Source of the DNA: Phoronis australis
Lineage: Eukaryota; Animalia; Phoronida
Direction of reading: 5' to 3'
Length of the DNA: 64,000 nucleotides
NCBI GenBank assembly: GCA_002633005.1
Contig: NMRA01000010.1
Location: forward strand, 1,460,982 to 1,524,981
Shown: piece after piece, positions 47,501-57,640 of the stretch
Layout of the letters: each line of letters begins with the position of its first letter
How positions within the stretch are numbered: the stretch's first letter is position 1
The notes under the pieces: generated by a model
The model's input: only the letters and a program-made list of their open reading frames with translations
The model's database searches: none
What the model was told of the DNA's origin: nothing
Made by a program: the position numbers and the translations under genes

Positions 47501-50500
47501 TCTGATATATGTAATCTTCACTCTCTCTGTCAAAGCAACGTCCAGCAGCTCTTGAAATGGCTCCAGCTACACCACCACCGTGATTCAAGCGTCTGTTCGC
47601 AGCGTTACATATAGCTCCTACTTTGATTTTTGTGATGTCCGCAGAATATATTTCGACACGTAATCCTTCTGGTGTTTGCTTACAAAGCGTTTCAGCTTTA
47701 GCTGGACTTTCAGGTTTCTGAACAATTTCACTTTTTTCAGGAGGGCGTCTCCCATGACGACTGCTTTTCTGCTCTATCTTGAAATGCTTTCGGAGCACGA
47801 CTTGGACCTTTACAGCATCGTCTTCCAGACCTAGAATCCCAATCTTCTTTTGAGAACATAAATACACTTCGACGTCCTCAGAGTTGTTCTTTTTCAGAAT
47901 TTCGTCGACTTCCTTTTGTCTGTATTCTACAGACGAGCTGCTGAGATCAAGGAAAAATGTTCTCAAATTCTGTAAAATACGACCATAAATGCTTTCCATT
48001 TCTTTTATCACCACAGCGTCTGCAGTCAGACGGACTTCAACAGTACCCTCATATTCTTGCAACTTGCTCACGTTGATCGTGTGAGTGGAGCGTAAATCTT
48101 GATATTCTTTGCTGTATTTCACCATGTAAGAAAATGCCTTTCTGTCAAACGTCTTTACTTCAGGATGATCGAAACCAGATTCTATTCCTGAAGTTTTCTG
48201 CATTTCAGAAACATGATCTTTACTATCTTGGCGATTTCCAAATTGTTCCGAAAAATCAAGTGAATTGTGTGTAGATTTACTGCTTCGATGTTCAAACGGA
48301 ATATTCAGGTCATTTTCAAAATGCATACTAGATGTAGCAAGTAAGCGTTCAATTTCTTTCCTGGCTTCATGAATTTTCTCAGATTGTCCCACTATTCTTA
48401 CCAGTGGATACTGGTTATAAAGACAAGCAAATTCTTTGCAGCTACGGGAAACCTGTTCAATTATTTCCTCCACGTCCGATCTTGTTACTTTGTCATGCAC
48501 GACGTTTACGTGTGTTGTCTTCAATTCTTGCTGCAGTGTTGTGGTGCGGTGTTTTATCAACTGAAACAATGTTTCCATCGAATTCTTATCAAAAGACCAT
48601 ATTTTGAAGGCTATCTCGTTTAACACGTCAGTTAAATGGATGTCAACTCGTACGTCTTCTCTACTGTTTAATTTGGAGTATTCGCCAGGATAGAAATGCC
48701 TCCAAAGCAACCATATGTCAAGCGCCGTGTACGCTGTTGTTGATACGACTTCAGGTTGCTGCACGTCTTCAGTAGTCTCAGTTTCCGATTTAGAGCTCGC
48801 ATATTTCCCAGAAGCTTCTACATCACTTGCTCGAACAGTTGAGCCGCAGTTTCTCTCAGATGGACCGCGCTGTGAGTACTTGTTGTCTTGGTTTTGATAA
48901 AGTACTACCCCTAATCGCTCGCCAACAGTGAATTTTGGATCACTAGCATTTTGGGTTCCAGATGTCTTGTTGCTCGACTGTTCTTTTCCGCCACGAGTTC
49001 CCAAAGATGTCGCTGTATGAATTGATGTTAGCTGCTCCTGAAATATCCGTTTTACCTCACGAACACTCTTAGAATCTGTAGATCTTCCAATTATCCGAAT
49101 CAAGACCCGAGAATCAACATAAAGAAAGACGCCTGGGAATTCTCTATTAATCGCCCCAGTCATGCTTTCCACTTCAGTTTCTGACACCTGATATTGTAGA
49201 AGATTGACGTGAGAGAAAAACGCAATCTTTTTGATGGTAGATTTCACCGTCTTCAGTCTAAGACATAGTTCTTCTAAAAGTTCATGTTCAGCAACGATCT
49301 CTACGGCGACTTTGTCGAAAGTATCTCCGGGCTGAATGGTTGTAGTATCACCGGCAACAGATATAAAATGAGAGTAGTCCTCTTTGTAAAAGTTTTTCCA
49401 AAACAAAAATTTGTCCGTGGACATCATAATTGTTTTAAGTATCTTACCAACAATGGCGTCTTTACATTTAGAGCTGCTACCACCTTCATTTACCACTGAT
49501 GTATTAGCACTCTCGTGTGTTGCAGTCATATTGTATCCACTTGCTTGTTGCTCATGCTGCCCATACGCCTGGCCATGTGTGCGAGGACTATCTGTCTTGC
49601 TCTCTTTTGTGTGTAATTTGTCTTCGTTCCCGCTCGCCGCATCTTGTGACTGAACAACTTCAACGACTTTGTCTTGTAGCTCCGGTTTTTCATCCAGCAT
49701 TAATACAGAGTTCTGAGAAACTGCGCGTGTATTTTCGTTCGAGGCTTCAGTACCAATCTCCGTGCTCATTAGTTTTGACCGAGTGATTTCATCACTGTCA
49801 CGCACGGCTACATTTTTCGAATGTTGTAAATCCGATCTAGAAATATTGTCATCATCTCGCTCGGAGCGGCGTTTGTCTCTCCTCGTACTGTTACCAGCCG
49901 TAGACATTTTCTCGACATTTTCCAATGTGTCTTCATATTGTTTACTTGCAAATCTTTCTTGATTCTTTCTTCTTCTGTATGAGTCCTGTACCTCTGGTGC
50001 GTTCAACTTCTCTTGAAGTTTCTTAGTGTCCGGAAAGTCACCAGTCGTGACAATGTACATCTCTTGGTTTTCTTTTGAGTATGAGCACCAACACGTCTCT
50101 TTGTGCATGTTTTGGAATTTTTCAGCGATTCGTGTCAAATCCTTTAGCCGCAGCCCCGACGAGCCACAAAAGATTTGTCGTTGTTTTACTTTAGAGAAAA
50201 GATCGTCAAGTTTTTCTCTCAGAGAATCAGAGCACTTGTTTCTGGAAATGAAGCACACATTTTTCTTGAAAGTGAACGAGATTTTTGACGAAAAGCTCTT
50301 CTGTAGACTTTGAATTTCCTTTTCCAGTACTGTCTCTTTGAATCGTCGCATAACGAACGGTTGGACAAAAGATGGCAATGAAATGCAAACATCTTGGGAA
50401 GATTCCTTGTCATTGATTACCTTTTCCTGCTCGGATATGTCATCTGGGGGATTTCCGTCTGTTCTAATAGAGCTATCATCACTTTGACGATTTGTATCAA

Positions 50501-52707
50501 TACGTTTTTGGTTGTCGAAGCTCTGGAGTGTGTTTGGTCTTGAATCTCTCCTCTTCGGTTCGCTTACGTGATCGGGAACATCTTGCTTGTGTTGTTTGTC
50601 TTTGGGAAATTCAGAGCAATCTTTTTCCCTGTCTCTATTATCCTTGAACTCCTTTACTGTAATGGAACATTTAGATATGGCTTTGTTCCTTGTTGGCTGT
50701 TCTGATGTCGCCGTGTCGTGGTTGCTGGTCATTTGATCTCCACAATCCACTTCATTCCCATCCCTGTCAAAGTTTCCAGTAGCTTTTGACCTCTGTTCTC
50801 TCTCAGCCCCAACTACCTTCTTTTGGTCTACCGCGAGAAATTTTGCGATTTCATTTTCAAGTACTCTGTGTGCATTTTGAACTTGATAGAAAGACCCTTC
50901 GATTACAATTCCTGAGTCTTCTTCCATTATTTTGGACGCATGAGATTCCTTTTCTAGGTATTTCAAAAAATCAGAAAGTTCGTTATTGTGGACTTCTTTT
51001 AAATCTGCAGTTAATTTCTTGGTAACAGTTGCCCTTACATTCTCGAAAACCTGAAATGAAGTTTTTTCGGAGTTTACAATGGTGACGATTTTAAAAAAGC
51101 ATTAAAAGCACAGCTAGCACAACCCCCTACAGCATTAGCTTATACTCCACAGTCATGAAGATCAACGCGCCAAAATGCGGCCTAAGTACCACATCCAGGA
51201 TATTGTACAAACGTCTAATTCGCCTGATTTTAGAAATTCAATTATAACTTTCTTCTGACAAATCTCAAATCAAAACAGATCATTGGAACACGTGCCTGTC
51301 CCCGACAATAGGACAAATTTCTTGACTGTATGCGCATATTGTTCATTCGCAATTTCGATTTAATTGTGATCAGACAGGCGAGCTCATGTCAAACTGTAGT
51401 TACCTGAGGTTGTACCTTTACAGTGACTTCTGCCTTGGCGGCCGAGCCAGGAATGTCAAGCTCTTGCTTTCGAGATGCTGCACGTTTAGCGACTGAAAGA
51501 AAGAAAATACAAACTGTTCTCATGTGGTTCTTAAGCTTCGTTCCCTTGCAGCTTGGCGGCTTACAGCACACGAAATGTGTCCGTTTTCCGAGACAGTACA
51601 CACAAGGTTATTTGAAAACTCATTGAATTACATATACTAATTTCGTTACCTGTTACAAAATCTGCAAAGCATATGAAGGGTGTGTTTACTCATCCGTGGA
51701 CGCCTCCACAAAGTGACGGCTCAGTTGAACTCTTTGCCGGATAACGCATGGCATTACCTAGCATATAACCTCGTTTGTTAAAAATCTTGGTTTGAACGCT
51801 ACCCTTAAAAAGTTGTTTCTCGTGATTTTCTAGGAAGACTCTTTTAAAGATGTTTTTTCGGTTTCACATCAGTTAAAAACTTATCATAAAACTAATTTTA
51901 ACGTAAGTTAGTTCAGTCGAAACTTAAGCCCAAATAATGTTCCTTCAATAAAACTCCGAATACTTAAATTCACATTAAACTGGATTTAAGAACATTTTCA
52001 GGTTCAGCTGTAGCTAACTGTGGCGGCTCCACTATTTTGGTTCTTGAAGAAAGGGATAGAATGACGCAGTGCACATCATACGCGTTTGCGACGCAATTTA
52101 AAAAGATAGCCAAATAAACTCCAAAGCGTCTTCTTTCTAATTGTCATCAGGTTGAACGAGTGAGTCCGTACGCACTTTTAAAATGTGTCCAATAGTTTTA
52201 AAACACAGAACACAAAGGATAATTTGTTAAAATGCTCCAAATTGAATGAAGCTGCAAGAATTTATCTTAGACAACATGTAAGTATTCCTTTGAAACTTTT
52301 TCGTCAAAAATACTTCGATTTTCCAACGTCAATATCTTTTACTTATACTTTTATCTGTAGGGTGTGTACAAACAAGTAAAGCAACTAGGAAATTATACGA
52401 CAGAGCAGCATGTTTGGTGATTTTCATTTTGACAAATAACACAGTTCAACCATGCTGCGGTTACAAGAATTGAGGTTTCAAGTACTCAAAGGAATGTGCG
52501 GGAAAATGTGGGATGACTATATATTGTACCTTCAAGATCCTCAAATATGACCATCGCTTCATCTTTTCGCTCATTTGGTGTCAACGGATAAATCACTCGA
52601 ATTACTTCTCCACCACCGTTGCTTGGCTTTTGGAAATGGATTGTTAGCAGCTCCATGGTAATACCTTGCGGCACACCAGAAACTATGATCACTGGTTTTT
52701 CCGCCAT
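35493..52707 (-). CDS. DTX3L: DTX3L-like Deltex E3 ubiquitin ligase with two internal macrodomains (RRM-KH-like repeats-Macro-Macro-RING-DTC), ~1920 aa; gene span
   Basis: Exons 52707-52530, 51492-51404, 51050-47282, 47020-46409, 44434-43608, 42284-42067, 35562-35493 are all GT-AG and total 5763 nt in frame from ATG to TGA. C3HC4 RING (CPIC...CKHSFCTEC...CPIC) and DTC ([39 protein letters not shown]). Confidence 0.9.
35650..36485. repeat. Dispersed repeat with tRNA-like A/B boxes and palindromic arm; related copies at 57200-57640 and 38745-38820
   Basis: Shared blocks cataaagttatctcactagtgagataacattttggcggg, ggattcgaaccc, ccactacaccactcagcgg and ataattctccaaaatccactcgggctctagataacgg. Confidence 0.8.
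35753..36122. mobile_element. PIF/Harbinger-like MITE
   Basis: TIR GGCCCGGTCTC...GAGACCGGGCC with CAG duplication; interrupts a repeat that is intact at ~57270-57300. Confidence 0.8.
40327..41821 (+). mobile_element. TIR DNA transposon relic with THAP-domain fragment
   Basis: 19-bp perfect inverted repeat CAATAGCGGATTTGCAGCG (40326-40344 / 41804-41822); 40436-40630 reads CVPGC.NN.RDKNLSF..FP..ELRE.WI.NIRR with frameshifts. Confidence 0.72.
42067..42284 (-). CDS. DTX3L: DTX3L-like exon, Deltex C-terminal domain
   Basis: [55 protein letters not shown]; this reading frame is absent from the ORF track. Confidence 0.92.
42785..43244. other. Assembly gap (460 N) inside a repeat in DTX3L-like intron 5
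   Basis: Run of N; left flank includes a CAGTGGCGGATCTAGG MITE-like end at ~42659. Confidence 0.99.
43608..44434 (-). CDS. DTX3L: DTX3L-like exon: end of macro B, linker, RING, start of DTC
   Basis: ttacag|GA GTA ([22 protein letters not shown]) reads open into the RING and GTQPLNGTM...YDFQNGTQG|gtaagt. Confidence 0.9.
44836..45637. repeat. 116-bp direct repeat pair (44836-44951, 45522-45637) flanking a ~570-bp insert with GCGGTC-rich units
   Basis: The two copies differ at one position by eye. Confidence 0.88.
46409..47020 (-). CDS. DTX3L: DTX3L-like exon: end of macro A and most of macro B
   Basis: GIFGVP...[29 protein letters not shown]...[10 protein letters not shown]|gtgag. Confidence 0.9.
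47282..51050 (-). CDS. DTX3L: DTX3L-like giant exon (3769 nt): KH-like repeats, disordered linkers, macrodomain A
   Basis: 1246-aa ORF extended to the acceptor at 51050; ends [29 protein letters not shown]...AIPLISS G|gtatg. Confidence 0.92.
51404..51492 (-). CDS. DTX3L: DTX3L-like exon 2, RRM end
   Basis: tttcag|TC GCT ([12 protein letters not shown]...VTVKVQPQ)|gtaact; phase 1 to 0. Confidence 0.78.
52530..52707 (-). CDS. DTX3L: DTX3L-like first coding exon, RRM-like
   Basis: [13 protein letters not shown]...[15 protein letters not shown]...AMVIFE; acceptor before 52718; donor G|gtaca. Confidence 0.82.
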
Positions 52708-53034
52708 GCCAGGCACCCCTAAAACAAAACGCAATAAATCGGCTATAAGCGTCTTCTAAGACCTCGGTAAAACATTTGTTGTTAGTTTAACGTTTGCACA
52801 TAGGATACCTTGTATTGTCGTGAAATGAAATGAAATCTAACTTGTTCGGGGGTAAAATACAATAGATTAGCGCAAAGCAGAAGGAATAAAGAACTTTCGT
52901 AAGAAAATCACAAGTTACATTAACACGCAGGTTAGTAATTCAACAAAAAAAAAACTCGCAAAACACTGCCATCAGCAATGAGCAGGGTTGTCAATCTTCC
53001 TCCATCACGGTCTACTCGGGCGTTCTCCATAACA

Positions 53035-53046
53035 GGTTTCCTTTTC
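53035..53046. promoter_or_regulatory. ISRE/IRF-like motif upstream of the DTX3L-like start
   Basis: GGTTTCCTTTTC fits (A/G)GTTTCNNTTTC; a GAAA-T-GAAA-T-GAAA run also occurs at 52822-52835; short motif, could be chance. Confidence 0.3.
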
Positions 53047-53301
53047 TCGGCCATGATAAAAAAAAACAATTCTTTTCTTATTAGCTGTGGCTTCCTCCCC
53101 ATCGATGACAGTTCAGTTAATACACATTTTTTTTCTCGTTAACCGCCTTGAACAGAACGTATTAGCCCGAGACAAAATGTTGCCCCGCCCCTCCCCTTAT
53201 GGTATCCTAGATCCGTCATTGTAAAACTATCCATTGTAGTATATAAATTGCGTTGAAAAGGTCACACAAGTGCTCCGGCTATAAACGTTTTCAACGTTGA
53301 A

Positions 53302-53373
53302 CCACAGACGTCCTCAGCTTCTGGTCGTCCCTAATACACTATGGGGGACGATCAGAAGCTGAGGGCGCCTGTG
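53302..53373. repeat. Hairpin with ~29-bp arms
   Basis: cacagacgtcctcagcttctggtcgtccc / gggacgatcagaagctgagggcgcctgtg. Confidence 0.8.
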
Positions 53374-53959
53374 CGTTGAACGCGAACGAGTGAGTCACCC
53401 GTAGAGGTCACAACGCCAGAAGTGTTCTTGTGCCGACCGGGGAGAGGTGTCGAAGCTACAATCGGGGTGACATCTGGCGAAAATAATCAAAGTCCCAGGT
53501 ATAGTAATTCTCATCAGTCATAAGTAATTTTTATCAAAAATGAAGAAAAAAGCTTCGTCTTTAATTCATTAACTCTCAATTATTCCTTTTTGCTTTGGAG
53601 ATTTCTAACCAAAGCATTCTTCTCATTTGCTTTCATGAAACATTACCAAAGTTGAGATGTTTTGGAGCATGATTAACCCATTACCACCCGATAAGTCCGT
53701 CTGGCTTTAGCTTCTAAGAAAAATTAGCAACGCGACAACGGCCTGAGACCATATTTCAAACAAATGACACGTGCACTAAGCTACGACGTCTACCCGTTGA
53801 CCTGGCTTTCTAAAAAGATTAAAAGGTTGTATAAATGTAACTATCTTTTACGATAAATCGACAATTAAAGCTCACGTTGTGCACTCACGTGAGATCAGTT
53901 GTTGCATTTAATGTTGTTACATCATTTCAAATTGTGAGCTTTTGGCGTTTTATTTATTC

Positions 53960-55880
53960 TATCCTGTTTTCTGAATTCAGTGCTGTTAAGTCAATTCTGT
54001 ATTGTCTATCTTATCGTGCTGTGAATTTAACCCCGTTTCATGAATTCAATCCACTTTCGTCGATTCTGTTCCGTCAATTAATCTACAGAACTCTAGCCCT
54101 GGGCTGGAGTTCAACATGTGTGGTCAACCCTAGCGGTCTATGGACGAAATGCGTTTCAGTTTCCCGGTTTATTGAATTGTCTGTTGTGACACTGGTTTGT
54201 TTGTGCGTCCCCTGGAATGCCTTTACAAGCATACAAAATTATTTACCGGGTACTCAAAGCAAAAATAACTACAGCGGGTACTAGAAGCTAAGCAAGAGCA
54301 TTTATTCTTGCTATTACAGTGTCTCATAGGTAACTGTGCTTGATCTCCAAATATTATTGCTGGTTTTCTCACCGAGGCAGTCGACCATCTTCTCATTGTG
54401 CATTTGTGAACGAACGCCAGACACAGCCAGATATCAGGATTCTGGCCACTACGTCGGCTATATTGAGGGACACGACTAAGCTCAACCAGTCCTACGACCA
54501 AAGAGTGTACAACACGTTTTGCTACGACTACGTCAACTACAAAGACCCACTAGTGCTTCCGCCAAACCGTTGTTTCTGAAGCTGTCATAGCGTCTGCACC
54601 TGGCAACAGGGTGAGATTCTGCCTGTTCCCAAATGTGATCCACATTTCTCGAGTTAAATAAAAATTTATCACACTAGTTTAAAAATTCTCGCATAACGCA
54701 GGGAAAAAGAGTCACAAATCAGATGGGAAGCTTTTGGCTACAAACTAGATTCACACCGGGGGATCTTCACAAAATTAAGGATAGAACTGTGTCACTTTCC
54801 GCCAACTCAAAAACGCACATTAAGATCTACCCTAGGTATCCATAAACTGCCACAATACTTTGGGGGACACTAGAGCGCGCCTATGTGGCAGTGCACTATA
54901 TCCACAAATTGACAACTCTATGAGTTTGCGCAACGGGCCTTGTGAGGATGTAGAAATCTTCACCAAAGACCGACATTTCTGCTTGAATGGAATTGAAATA
55001 CGCCCGTTGGAAAGTAAAACGGATTGGGATGGGAGAGGGGAGGTTAGAAGGGCGTTTCAAACGAAAACATGAACGTGTGATGTATTGTTCAGATAACTTA
55101 TGTATTTTAAACAGAGACTTTCCGTTGTCTCCCCCATTTAGAACACAAATTGAGTTTCATCAACAGAAAGATATCAAAATATTTCATAAACCACTACCCT
55201 CACTTTGGATTTTTTACTATTGATTTTTTTCAACATTTATCCATGTTTGTACATCTTGGCTATGATTACATGGGTGGCGCACGATAGCGGGAATGGGGGA
55301 ATAGCCTTCCACTTTTTCAGTGCTGCGCCTCCCAAGGCTGGTGCAGCACAGGGGGTCACGAGGTAATAGCTCCCACTTTTTACAGTGCCTACATATATGG
55401 ATTACCCCGGTTGATTACCCACAATCCAACTGATTCGTTATTTCATAGGTGACACAAAATTCTCTAATTTGCCACTTAGACACTAAACAATCTGCGTCAG
55501 CTGGTGATAACTCATTTTCATTCCTTTTGAAGGATTAATCAGTAATTCAGATAAGAGAATCTCCCTTAAGACAATAACAGAAGTGCTGCATTTCTTGGAG
55601 ATATGTAATTAAAGTTTCTATTCCAGGAGTTAAGTCTTGCTGTCAGTAGCTCCAACTTGAGGTTACCGCCGTTCACTGAACCCACCTGTTCCCACGTAAC
55701 CTTATTCATGCGCATGAGCAAAGATAGTTGCGTCATTAGGCCGGCAGGACTGACGAAAAAGAATCGACGAAACTGATATTGAATTCATGAAACGGGATGA
55801 AATTCACAACACGACAAGAAAGACAAACGAAGAAGAATACATTAAACAGCACTGAAGTCACAAAACAGGGCAGAATATAA
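53960..55880. repeat. Diverged ~120-bp inverted repeat pair (53960-54080, 55750-55880)
   Basis: ccgtttcatgaattcaat..tttcgtcgattct versus agaatcgacgaaa..attgaattcatgaaacgg. Confidence 0.7.
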
Positions 55881-57199
55881 ACAGAATCCACAGTAAAAAT
55901 AAAATTATTATCTCGTGCTACAGTAAACATAAAAATACTATATCCTGTACTCCTACCAATTACTTTACTGGCTGACATTTTCAAAGATATTAAATTGAGG
56001 CTCCAAGCAAATTTCTTGAGGGAAAAGAATATGCCCCTGCAGACATGGGGAGATCATTCTAGTCAGTCCATATTCAACTCAACTCAACTCCTAGGTAAAG
56101 TTGTACCCAGATTAACTATCACTATCACCATGACACTGAAATATTTGATTTCAATAAATATGCAAACTTTTGCGACATTCTAGTATTCCATTACCCGGTA
56201 AAAATTCGAAAGCACATACTCGATCCCAAAGTCAAATCACACAGATTTTCCTTATTTGCATTGAATTATTTGGTGCAATTGGATAGGAATTATGCAAGTT
56301 TCACTGTGCGCAACAATAGTTAACATGTTGACTGGTGAGAGTTCACTTGGGTACATTGTGACCTATGCCAGGGGGTATTCCAGATAGGGTACTAGTAGTG
56401 GGATCGGGATGTCCTTTCGCATTCAAGAACCTAGATCCCCCGACAAACCTGAGCAAATCAGTCAAAATAGGCAATACAATAGTTACATTGGTGATTCTTA
56501 ATTTTGAGAACCAGGCACATGCGCGCACCCAGGGGAGGCTCTAACGAGCACCCCCCCCCCCCACTTGCCAAAGTGGGCATGAAAAGGTCAGCCTCATAGA
56601 AACAAAAAAACTGAGAAAACGAGACACAAGTCCACTAAAAAGCTGTAATTCAGGAATGTACTGTGCACAGCTCTGAACACGCCCCGTTTTTTAGTAAAAG
56701 GTCAACATGCCCAAAATTTGAGCACCCCCCATATTTTAGGATGGGTGCGTGGATGAGGAAAGTGAACCTTGCAAACTATTGATCTGTAGTGATACGAGAT
56801 TTCAAAATCAGGAGCTTCCAAGAATTACTACAAACATAGACATAAGCACATACCGTACAACCAATGCCAATATACCCAACTTGGGAAATGATTACACTTT
56901 GCTTTGGTAGTCCCCCCCCCCCTTGCATTGATGCTCACTGACACAACCTCAGAAGACAGAAATATAATAGAGTAATAGCCTTAAATGTGAACGTTATGGC
57001 TTCCTCTGATGGACATCCAGAAGTACATTACACGGTAGAAGTTTGGATAATTCAAACACAGAATGAGTCCATGTCGGCATGTCGGTACGTGACAACGTGA
57101 CTCGTGAGTGGCTGACAATAACAACTCAACTTAACACGTTCGTTGAAAATCACAGAACCGATTGTAGCCAATCGATTTTAGAACGCTCTCTGGCCTACC

Positions 57200-57640
57200 A
57201 CAATATTAGCCTCGAATGGCAGATAACCCATAAAGTTATCTCACTAGTGAGATAACATTTTGGCGGGAAATCGAGGCCGGATTCGAACCCGGGCCTCAAC
57301 AGTTGCGAGTCGTCGACTTTACCACTACACCACTCAGCGGCTGACGTCATCGTGAAACTAGAATACTTAAAGTCCTTCTTGCAAACTGCCCATGTGGTTC
57401 CAGTATCCGAAAATATTTACTACATAAATTCTTATTTTCTTTGTTTCTCCTTCAGTATGTGGTATAAATAGATTATTACACGTTCTCAATCGTTATCCCC
57501 CTTATATAAAGCCCTCGTGGATTTTGTAGAATAATCACCCACGGGGCTGACGCCCCTCGGGCGATAATTCTCCAAAATCCACTCGGGCTCTAGATAACGG
57601 GGGATAACGACTTCGCCATGTAATAATCTCTATTTATTTC
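57200..57640. repeat. Intact copy of the tRNA-like repeat ending in a ~175-bp imperfect palindrome
   Basis: Minus-strand TGGTGTAGTGG (A box) and GGTTCGAATCC (B box); arms ataaatagattattaca... / ...tgtaataatctctatttat. Confidence 0.78.

Noticed and set aside
48369-50313. Plus-strand ORFs antisense to the giant DTX exon
   Set aside because: Shadow ORFs of a long coding exon with no recognisable motifs.
54223-54579. ORFs checked as the missing ART exon of the paralog (FEYPVNNF resembling YPEYLI)
   Set aside because: No HGT, GxYFA or other ART motifs; the resemblance is superficial.
57270-57342. tRNA gene
   Set aside because: A and B boxes are present but I could not build a convincing cloverleaf, and it is part of a dispersed repeat.
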